A stretch of DNA of 64,000 nucleotides, taken from NCBI RefSeq assembly GCF_001194135.2, contig NC_068983.1, forward strand, positions 159,505,666-159,569,665, written 5' to 3'. The stretch's first letter is position 1. Each line of letters opens with the position of its first letter. This DNA comes from Octopus bimaculoides (Eukaryota). The position numbers were made by a program, and so were the translations under genes. Positions 53,481-64,000 of this stretch are shown piece by piece. The notes beneath the pieces are model-generated. The model worked only from the letters and a program-made list of their open reading frames with translations. It was not told the DNA's origin and searched no databases.

Positions 53481-53773
53481 NNNNNNNNNNNNNNNNNNNN
53501 NNNNNNNNNNNNNNNNNNNNNNNNNNNNNNNNNNNNNNNNNNNNNNNNNNNNNNNNNNNNNNNNNNNNNNNNNNNNNNNNNNNNNNNNNNNNNNNNNNNN
53601 NNNNNNNNNNNNNNNNNNNNNNNNNNNNNNNNNNNNNNNNNNNNNNNNNNNNNNNNNNNNNNNNNNNNNNNNNNNNNNNNNNNNNNNNNNNNNNNNNNNN
53701 NNNNNNNNNNNNNNNNNNNNNNNNNNNNNNNNNNNNNNNNNNNNNNATCTATCTATCTATCTGTCTGTCTGTT

Positions 53774-53846
<73 letters not shown>

Positions 53847-53960
53847 GCTTGCCAGCTTGTGTGCCCGCCTGTCTGCCTGCCTGTCTGTCTGCCAACCTGT
53901 CTGCCTCTATGCCTTTCTGCCTGCCTACCTGCCTGCTTGCCTGCCTACCTGTCTGACTGA

Positions 53961-54007
<47 letters not shown>

Positions 54008-55424
54008 CTTGCGTCGTGCGCGCGCGCAGTATGTGTCTGTGTGTGTATAAATGTTATGAAGGATATCTGTATATATTTAGATGTCAGATCATCATAGTCG
54101 TTTAATGAAATAAGTTATTTGGTGTTTCATACTATAAATATAAAATAACAATTTGTTCTAAATCTCTGAGTGAAATATATACAATAATAGTACCGAATAG
54201 TAATGTTTATATACCAACAAATTGCGAAATCTCTCTCCACTCGGAAATGCTGTTGCGGTACTGTTCGGTATATTCTGTACTGCTACTGTATAAATCTCAC
54301 TCAGAGATTTAAAACAAATTGTTTTTCTCTATACGAGATCAACGACTGTGTGTCCCTTATAGAATATATAGCATTTGCGAGTGAAGAGAGCTTTCGTCAC
54401 TAGCTTGTGATTATCTCACACTGAGAACGGGTAACCACCCAGAAACCTAAGGTCGGTGAGTATCACGTAAGGCTAGAGATGGGAGCGATGAACTCCCTTC
54501 CAAATTGCTAAACAAACATAAAGTGTGTGCTGATAGCCAGCTCGAAAAGATGTTTTCCTGGGGCTAAAACAACAGTAACATCGTCCTTTATAGGACTGCC
54601 GCATTTTGTTGGTATATAAACATTACTATAAAATAACAATTGACTATAAGTTTCCTTTTGTTACCTTCACTGGACTTAGACTCTTTAATTTTATGTCTCT
54701 GCTTTCCCACTTTTAATGTCACTTTAATGTAATTTGCGAATAGTAGTGCATAACCGTAGTTAAGTGCTATACATATCTCTTGCTCTTTAACTCACAGCTA
54801 AATGCTTCTTAATTTGAGAAAGGTTTATATATAACGCGGTGTTTTAAATTGAATATAAATTGAATTATTCTACTTATTATATTGCTTGCTTCTATGGCTT
54901 CATTCTTTTAAATGAATTTAGCAGTCAAATAATATCATTCATGTAACTAGGAGAAACACCACATCTCCTCCCCGTGCACACACACGCACGCACACATACG
55001 TGCACTCACGCGCGCGCGCGCACACACACATATTTATGTATTAGGTAGCATTGTCCGAACCATATTTTACTAAACTCTAAGGAAAAATACAAACTAGTCA
55101 AACGGGGAAATATGAAAGGAAGACGAACAAATGTGCGACGATGTGTTCTCAGTTTCTGACAAGTCATAACTGCTAATCAGAATATTGCCAGTAATATACA
55201 AGTGAGTCAAAGTTTTAAGTTTGGTACAATATAAGAAGACAAGAGTACTGTAGTAAAAGAGAACTGCAGAGACTGTGCTGTAGTTTTTGAGTAATAGATG
55301 TTGAAAATAAAGAATAAAAGTGATACTTGTATCAGTGGAATATTTAAGTGCATAAATATTTTAGATTGATTTAATAGGCTTAAAATTTTCATTACATTTT
55401 AAACCTTGCGTTTTGATTATAATA

Positions 55425-55710
55425 TTAATTTCAAATTTTGACACAAGGTCAGCAATTTCGGGGAAGGGGAGTAAGTCGATTACATAGAAGCCAGTGCTTG
55501 AGGAGATGAAATGCAAAGTCGACCTCGGCAGAATTTGAACTCAGAACGTAATGATGGACGAAATGCTGTTAAGCATTTTGCTCAGACATTTTGATAATAA
55601 TATATAGTATCGGGGTCGCTAAAATAAGTATCAGTTGAGCACTTGGGTCGGTGTAACCGGCTAACTTCCACTTCTGAAATTCCTGGCTTTGTGCCAAAAT
55701 TTGAAACCAA
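55425..55710. mobile_element. Inverted pair of SINE family B pieces
   Basis: Minus copy at about 55425-55585 followed by a plus-strand 3' half at about 55608-55710 (GGGGTCGCTAAAATAAGTATCAG..GTGCCAAAATTTGAAACC). Confidence 0.7.
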
Positions 55711-56934
55711 TATATAAAGTATTTGGTGTTATAATTTTGTGTGATCAGAACACATCTTTTTCCATCATTGAAAACAAAAATGTATTAATTTACTTTGCAT
55801 AATTAGGTTTTGCTATCTTAGAATATAGTTGCTGCGAATAAAAGATTTTCATTTAATTAGAGTTCGAGCTAGATAAGGAACCTATCATTTTTGTTTGCAT
55901 TTATTCAGAGATCTGCCATTAAGATGGTAAAGAAACAGTTTTCTGTATTCTGAATTTAGTAATTATTTTCAAATTTACCTGAATTATAAAACCAGGCAAT
56001 ATATTCACCTAAACGGTGGGGCAAATTGAAGACTACTAACATATATTTTTGTTGATATACAAACATTTTGTTCCTGAAAAGACTAAAATCGATTCTACCA
56101 AAATTGATAATTTTTTGGTACTTATTGTATTTATAGCAGCGACTCTCTAGAATTCGCTAATAATTAACTGGCTTATATATTAAATTCTGTTTCTTTATTA
56201 AAAATCACCAGAGAATAGTTAGAATTCTTGTCAAGGGATGATTTGTCTGGCATTCGTTGAATGCCACCTTAACAAGTAATCAGTACTGATCTAATGGACT
56301 CCGGATAATCATGAAGCGAGTATTCTGAATGAAATGATACTACAATACGTTTAGGTTGCCAATCCTCTTTAAAGCTGGTATTCCTATGTCACTTTACTTT
56401 TATGTAAAACATCATCAGAGAAAAATTTGTCTCTCATTCGTTATGTATCATGTCGTTATCTACACCTGAAATAGTGGTCTACACGCATAGTGAAAAAGAA
56501 ACCAGTACTGTTTAATATCAAAGAGTATTGAGTTAACAGAATCGTTACGAGCTCCGGTTTAAATTCTAGTGTTGCAATATTTCTCTGTTCCTCCAAGTTT
56601 ACATGCCTTGAGAACCAATGGAACAAGCCACTGGAAATAAACTCTATTTGTTTTGGCTTATTTTTGTTTAATGGAATTTGTTTGAGAGAGAAGGGGGAGG
56701 GAGGAGGAAGAGAGAGAGAGAGAGAGGAAGAAAGAGGGTGGAAAGAGAGAAGATGGGAATAAAGTCTGAGTGTGAGTGAAAGTAGGTCGCGCGTGTATGC
56801 CGTGTTTGCAGTAATATAACGTGTTATAAATACATAGTATTAATGTGACTGTTATGTATTTGACCCTGCGTGTCAGATCACTTGAAATAGGAGTGTCACG
56901 GTTTGGGTAAGGTTTAGGCTCGACTGAATCATAG

Positions 56935-57325
56935 CTTGAAGAAAGTTGACATATATCGACTATCCATGGTACTTTATTATCTCGGAAGGATGAATGGTAA
57001 AGTTAATTTTGTTCGACACTAACGATTTTATCACTCTACTGTCCCAAGAAAAAAAAATTCTATTTTAATTGTGAGTGGCAAGTATCATAAAACTGCTACT
57101 GATCGAACCCAAAATGTGATTTCGATCCGAGTTTGAAACTTTTTATTTACTTATGTCACTAATATTGGTTTGAAATTTGGGAATAAGGACAACAATTTTG
57201 GTGAAGTGTATAAGTCATTTACATCGAGACCAGTGCTCAGCGAAATTTGAATTCAGAACGCAAAAGCGGACAAAATGCCGTTAATCATTTTGCCCGTCGT
57301 ACTATCGATTCTGCCAACTCGTCAC
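56935..57325 (-). mobile_element. Two degenerate SINE family B pieces (about 56935-57030, 57165-57325)
   Basis: GGTACTTTATT..GAAGGATGAA; AAATTTGAATTCAGAACGCAAAAGCGGAC..GATTCTGCCAACTCG. Confidence 0.6.
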
Positions 57326-57993
57326 TAATATTGGAGATTGGTATTTTGTGCTCATTCAAAAGAAACAGTTCAGTATGTATAGAGGAGAGTAAAGATAAAA
57401 ACAAATGATTTAATATTCATGTAGTTTGTAAGAACATTAACAAAATTAAAGGAACGGCATGACTGATTGGGAACCGAAACCAAATCACTGACATTGCTCG
57501 TAAGGAACCTTTATTCTTTGGCATTTCATTATTTGGAATTTATATTGTTGACGAAGCTCAAAGGGGATTAAAGAGAAAATACATATAATATCGGACTAAA
57601 TTAACGAAAGCAGAGTACAAGCTATAAAGTAATATTCCCTTGTGATTGATGGCTACAGTTTTATTCCTTTTATAATGATGTTAGAAACAGAAACAAATTT
57701 GCAATCAGAAATCGAAACTGAGCTGTCATTTAGATTTAGAGGGAAATTCACAAAGGCTGGCCTGAAAAATCGATCGATACAGTAGTCAAATCTCCCCTAA
57801 ATCCTACTCGTCTTTAAGGACTCATTAGATAACACATATCTAGATTCGGACTCAGTAGATAACCTATACGACTGAAAATAAGGCAGGATGATTGTTTATA
57901 ACACAGACATCTTTGGTCGCCAGGGATGTTGACCTGAGTCTAAACAACAACTATGAATGTAGTTGTTCTACAGCAATCACCACGCAAACACTA

Positions 57994-58029
<36 letters not shown>

Positions 58030-58282
58030 GCGCGCACACACGCACGCGCGCACGCGCACACGCACATAATAGGTAGGTGTATGTGTGTGTGTAATTTTAA
58101 ATTGATTTCTAACGTAGCAACAAAGTTATATATATGTGTATGTATAGGAAAGAAGGGATCTTTTTTTAAACGGGGACCACATTTTTCATTAACGAAACAC
58201 TTTGAAACTTGGAACACTGGTAGAATGTGTCATATAAAACATCTTTTTCTCTTAGTCTTCTTAAAAAAAAAAAATCCATAAG

Positions 58283-58618
58283 TTATTCCATGTTAAAGTT
58301 GTCGTATTTCTGTAATTTCAACCAATCACTGACGTCCATTCAGCCGATATACATTAAGTGCCGACTACATAAACAAACGATTCTGAAACAATTAACCCTA
58401 ACCCTAACCCTAACTCTAACCCTAACCCTAACCCTAGGGTTAGGGTTAGGGTTAGGGTTAAAGCAAATTTAAAATGAAAAAAGCAAATAAAACGAAGGTA
58501 TGGAGATTAAGTACGCTTTACATCGCTTAATCAGCCAAAGGAGTAAATGTAAACAACTGAATACTTGTCAGTGATTGGTTGAAATTATCGAAATAAGACA
58601 ATTTTTTACATGAAATAA
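58283..58618. mobile_element. 336-bp non-autonomous element with about 62-bp TIRs
   Basis: Left 58283-58343 TTATTCCATGTTAAAGTTGTCGTATTTCTGTAATTTCAACCAATCACTGAC..TTCAG; the right end 58557-58618 is its imperfect reverse complement. Confidence 0.85.
58393..58460. repeat. Telomere-type palindrome (TAACCC)7-TA-(GGGTTA)4
   Basis: Seven TAACCC units (one is TAACTC), centre CCCTAGGG, four GGGTTA units. The 40-nt palindrome 58416-58455 is perfect. Confidence 0.95.
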
Positions 58619-59399
58619 ATTCGAATACAAAAATATTTTTCTGTTCTATAACACAAAATAGATAAGTATACGAAGTTTGAAAGTCTTTCCGTACCAAAAA
58701 CACTACGTAAAACATTAATGAAAAATGTGGCCCCCGTTTTAAAATAGATCCGAAAGAAGTATTGTCGGTTAAAATAACTACATGTAATACATGATACTAA
58801 GCTCATCGACTTTGCTATGATTTAAACACAAGACTCTGAAGGAGGACACTGCAAAGTGTGAATCATTTATAGCAACAGGCTATCACATCTACTTTACGAG
58901 TGGTTTTAGTTTAATATTGATTCCTTTTTGACTATCAGCATTTACAGAGGTTGCATATGTTTGATTGTGCCTCTTTTACTTCTGTGGAATAGAATGCGAA
59001 TGTGAACTCCGCAAAGCAAAGCCCGCCCCCAAGAAGGACGAAAAATAAATGCTGTTTCTTATCTCACCATCAGACTACCGACAGTAAAATTAAAAATGTT
59101 TTAATATATCAAGCCCTACCGTTGCAGAACTGACTTCAAAAACTTATAATTTTCTCAGCTAACCACTACTTAAACACAGCCGTTAAATTATCTTTCATCT
59201 ATTCTTTAAAATATTTAAGTTATAAAACGTTCTTTACAAATATGTCAAAACTTGAGGAAATTTCATAGCGGTTGTCTTTTTATCAATATTTCAATATTGG
59301 TGTTTTTATTTTCATCTTATTAAAATTGCTCTAAACCCACTTATGCTAGTTTCATTAGATTTCTTTTTTATATTTGCACTATTACATTCAAGATCACTT

Positions 59400-60000
59400 C
59401 TGCTGATAAATCTGGTAATCATCGCTGTTAATATATTTACACACATTCTTCTTCAATTTTCCGTGAACAATAATCAACATCAACAAACAACTTCTGAAAG
59501 AACCAAGTGAGCAGGGATCGTTTAAGAGGTAATATCGATTTTATATGTCACCAACAAAACACGCTAATTCCGGGAAGTGAATTATTCTCTAAAAATAGCG
59601 TTGCAGTTTTTTCCGTGACTATTTCTAAAGTCTACATCATTGATCTATTTTTATATTTCTTTTGCTCTGTTCTTTCATATTGACTTCTATTCCATTTCTG
59701 TTGCTGTTGGGATTTTCTTCCTTATTTATGTTTAGCACAATACGTATTACCGCATTTTCTTCTGTGTAATGTACTTTCTGATTTATAATAAGTTGCTAGA
59801 AATAAATCGTTCATTGATGAGTTGCTCTTTTCGATTTTACCCTATTTTTATCGAAGGATCTTTCTTAGAGCAATAATGTAACTATTGATGATACAAGATT
59901 ATATTTCCTCATAAATATTCATTCTTTTACTCCTTAAATTATTTCTTAAGACGTTGATACTGGAGATGCAGATGTTTCTGGAAGACTCCATATAAGATTA
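59400..60000 (-). pseudogene. Possible very old PLE N-terminal ORF remnant
   Basis: Purine-rich, stop-riddled minus frames RKKIPTATEMEIEVNMKE and KYINSDDYQ weakly echo the PLE pre-RT region. Confidence 0.25.
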
Positions 60001-60619
60001 TCTGCTCTATTGATGAGTGTACTATATTTACCAAATATATGACGCAATATCTTCATTGTATACGCCTAGATTTAATCTAGGGTAAACTATTGGACTAACT
60101 GAACTACGTAGTTACTTGGGCCATAAAGTTAGCAGCATATATACTGAGTGATAATCTATATTCATATGGTACAGTATACTTTGTAGGTTTATCAAACAGC
60201 TTATAGGATATCATAATGATATTTCTGTTTTCTTTCTGTTGTAAATGATATAATTTTCAAAGATGAATTATTGCGATAATAATGTAGCATAAACGTAGCA
60301 CTGAGGTTGTAAAATATTGACATTCTCTTGTTGATAGGGAGTTAACGGATTCTAATCAAGCTTAGCGAAATAGTACAGGAATAAGGCAAAAGAAGCTGAT
60401 CAGAGAAAGACTTGTTCAGCTGTGTTTCTGTGAAAAAATATCAAAAAGCACTGGAGAGCTGAGATTAGAACTCAGGAACGTGTATGTTATTAATTAAGCC
60501 TTACATAATTATGACAATTTTGTTACTGATGATTTGGTAACTCATCTAGCTGAAGTAGTGTAAAAGGTTGGAATAACCAGTTCATTACTCATTTAGTGTT
60601 TAAAATATGGCTATTGGTA

Positions 60620-60777
60620 CAGGCATGGGTATGAGGTTAAGACGTTTACTTCGCAACCGTATGGTTTTGGTGTAGTCTCACTGTGCAGTCTCTTGGGCAA
60701 ATGCCTTCAGTTATAGTCCCATGCTGACTAATGCCTTATGAATGAATTTGGTTGACAGAATGTGTGTAGAAGCCAGT

Positions 60778-60847
<70 letters not shown>

Positions 60848-60924
60848 GATCTGATGTTTGTTCTCCGATCAATGTTTATATATATATATATATANNNNNN
60901 NNNNNNNNNNNNNNNNNNNNNNNN

Positions 60925-60970
<46 letters not shown>

Positions 60971-61320
60971 CATGTATGTGTGTATAGATGCATGTATGAA
61001 TGTATGTGTGTGTATATATGTATGCATGTATGTGTGTGTGTATATATGTACATGCACACACATACATATATGTGTGTGTGTGAGTAAGTATGTAAGGTTT
61101 GTGCGCATGTGTGCATGCGTGCGTGTGTGTGTGTGAGCACGCGTCTGTGTGTTCATGTTTGTATTTGGCTAGCTACTGCTTGAAAATTGATGTTGGTTTG
61201 TTTACATCGCAATAACTTAACGTTTCCACAGAAGTTACCCATATAATATGGACTAGACTTAAAATAAGAATTAGTGTGAATTTCCTTCACGAAATCTATA
61301 CGATAATGCTACAGCATGGT
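60620..61320 (+). mobile_element. SINE family A with expanded internal (TATC)n/(TG)n
   Basis: GGCATGGGTATGAGGTTAAGACGTTTACTTCGCAACC..CACTGTGCAGTCTCTTGGGCAAATGCC..GAATTTGGTTGACAGAA, then microsatellites and a decayed tail. Confidence 0.6.
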
Positions 61321-63311
61321 CATAAACCATGTAAAAGAATTGAAGAATGTATGCTTTAGACCAATTTAGATTTTATGTACGACTGTTTACAAACAATTGT
61401 GTGTAGATGGAGATTAAAATACATTTTGAATAGTTGTATGTTAAAATTCATTATGTCTACATGAACACGTGTAAACATCAGCACGTGTAAAAGTCGGACA
61501 GTTTATTTGTAGATTAATGGGACTCATGTAACAATGTATAGATCATCCAGGATAAAACAGTCACTATAACACCCTATGATATTCTACCGCACTACAAAAG
61601 ACATCTCATACATAGGAAATTATTTATAACGTTCTATTTTCACATATTAAACCTCTTTTGTAGAGCAGTCTATGATGGCTCAAATAATTTAAAGCCCTCA
61701 TATTTCTGAAAGAGGAGTCAAATCTAGCATGATAAAATGACAGTAGCACCTCCATCGAATGCTCCACATCATACAAACATTTAGATCTTACACCGGTTAC
61801 ACATTAGCCCCACCCAACTAAAAATAAAACTAGAGTATAGCATAATTTACGACATCAAAAGCTACATTTGTTGTATTATATAATGTGCAAAAGACAGATT
61901 GCCGTCACTAGAATTAGCTCCTTCAACAATAACATGACTACTATACTGTAAGAAGTTGAATAAGAAAAGTAAATTTATATGTAAAAGTAGGAAATCAAAA
62001 GAAAATACTGCTTAATTTTCTAGTACATTCATAATGAATTTTAACTTTGCCACTCTGAGAATGGTATAAGCGAATGAGTCTTCCCTTGTATTCTACAGAT
62101 GTGCACTGTTAGGTCAAGAAAAGGACGTAAAACAAAGATAACCATGGTAATATCTGAAATCAGAATATAAAACAACAATTTATGTGTAAAGCCTTTAATC
62201 TTGCGCTGTTTTCTTTTTCCTATTCCAGTTTTGATTCAAGCTAGATAATATCAATCTATCAAATATTAACGATCTCTTCTAGTTTATGTGAAACCATATA
62301 AAAGCTGTTGTTTTTATATTTAAGTGAATAGGAAAATGCTTCTTGAATCTATCAGACAAGTGTAAGACAAGCTGAAACTATATTACAGTTTGGAAAACGT
62401 TTATTTAGTAACATTGGCACGCTGTAGAATATTCGTAAGTTCGCGAGAATCCGGGTTTGTAACAGTAGCTCAGTCCTTATATTTTACATCTTTTAGTTCA
62501 TATATTTAAAAGAGAACACCATCTCTACAAAACTGACCTATTCTTGACTTAAAGACCATCTAACCACTCATTCAGGATTATGTATCGTTTGGTTTTCATT
62601 TGATGAAGAAATAGCCAACTATTAATTTTCGTAAGTAGAGTCAGATGTAGGATTTTAGGCAACAATTTATCAAATTAAATTTTCAAATAGATGTGTGATG
62701 ATAGTACATCCATTGATCGTGAATTATATATGCTTAACGACGTATCATTAAAATCAATCCAAAATAACTGATTCGTTTTCGTTGAACATCAAAGAAGAAA
62801 CTCTGCTGAGAAAATTAAAATGTATCACTGAACTATTGAACTATTATGAATGAACCAATGATTAAAGTAAAATAATCCCAGAATAGGTTTTTATGAATTT
62901 CTGACATAAATGGAATGGAAAGCTTGTCCTAAGAAAGGCCCTGGGAAATCTTCCCCTGCTATAAAGTTAATGTCGATGACTTAATATGATAGATCAGTTT
63001 TAACTTCATTATTAACTTCAATACGACCGTAACCACAACCACAACCACAAGCACAACGACATCTACGAGTGCAACAGTATCACATCATCGGCATTATGAA
63101 CACAACCACCGTAAATAGAATAGCGCAATTTTAAGGCTTCTTAGAGATTTCTAAGTTCTTGTATTGATGGCGTCAGATACTCTGGGATGGAAGTTCATAA
63201 TTGCTTTTGCCCGATGCTCTTAAATCCCCATCACATTCTGTATGTTTTGTATGAGACGTTATAAGTTTCAGAAAATACTTTAGTTATATACTATGCTAGA
63301 GTGATTGTGAA

Positions 63312-63313
<2 letters not shown>

Positions 63314-63368
<55 letters not shown>

Positions 63369-63410
63369 GCTGCTGCTTCTGCTGCTGCTGCTGCTACCAC
63401 CACCATTACC
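63314..63410. repeat. (CTA)n(CTG)n(CCA)n compound trinucleotide repeat
   Basis: Read directly from the sequence. Confidence 0.95.
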
Positions 63411-63952
63411 ATTTTAGTTTCAACAAATAGGCATAGGAAAGCCATGCTGTCACAGACTGAAAAAGTGGGATAGAGGACTGCTTTCTATGGTATGCTACTC
63501 GTGAAACTGCATGTTCTTCTGGGGTTGTTCTTGTACACTACATAGGCTTGATATCATTACAGCTTCCTTCCGCAGCAGCGTTTTGTGCCGTTTCTTGAGT
63601 TTGTGATTAAGTTTTTTTTTTATAAAAGTGTTATAGTGAATGACGTTGTCAACTTTACTAATTTGTCAACTAATTTTAATTTGGTGAGAAATTGTCAAAT
63701 ATTTCATTGAGAATTTGAAAAAAGGCCCACCTTTAGCAGACGACAACTAACAAATTACGATGTAAGGAGCTAATGAAAGCAATTCAGATTATGTAACCTG
63801 TGTTCATTTCACATAAATCAAGACGTATAAGGATCTATGTTTCCAGCAAAGTGTTTTTTATTGAGCACGTTTATGCGTTAGCTCGACAAAGCAAAACAGA
63901 CCACACACATACATTGCAAATATACACAGACACACACACATATATGTATGTA

Positions 63953-64000
<48 letters not shown>

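Noticed and set aside
54380-54460. Exon ending at the GTGAGT donor near 54456
   Set aside because: All three frames are closed. It could be a UTR exon, but nothing else supports it.
58393-58460. Ancestral telomere-telomere fusion site
   Set aside because: Wrong orientation for a fusion, very short, and embedded in a TIR element.
62099-62146. Splice-flanked 48-nt frame MCTVRSRKGRKTKITM (similar cases at about 33790 and 6785)
   Set aside because: Good acceptor but weak donor and no supporting context; expected by chance at this window size.

Overview
AT-rich, gapped, microsatellite-saturated eukaryotic draft sequence. The SINE and LINE content resembles octopod cephalopod (Octopus-like) DNA; this is my recognition of the repeats, not a database result. 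I find no intact multi-exon gene, tRNA/rRNA gene, CRISPR array or prokaryotic system. Most listed ORFs are microsatellite or N-gap artefacts, or decayed transposon frames. Almost all interpretable sequence is mobile-element debris: at least four tRNA-headed SINE families, five L1/Tx1-clade LINE fragments (one of about 2.4 kb carrying the RT core), several R4/Dong-clade (RLE) LINE fragments tied to (TAA)n, an old RTE-like RT, several Penelope-like fragments, mariner/Tc1/maT remnants and non-autonomous TIR elements. A few isolated splice-flanked frames may be exons of a long-intron host gene. The most notable structures are: (i) tandem Tx1-like 3' ends joined at a (TATC)n tail, suggesting a microsatellite-targeting LINE; (ii) a TIR element with a (TAACCC)n-TA-(GGGTTA)n telomeric palindrome at its core; (iii) a stack of four co-oriented Dong-like elements; and (iv) repeated fold-back structures built from TE fragments. 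All translations and alignments were done by eye, so element boundaries are approximate (+/- tens of nt) unless exact motif coordinates are given.
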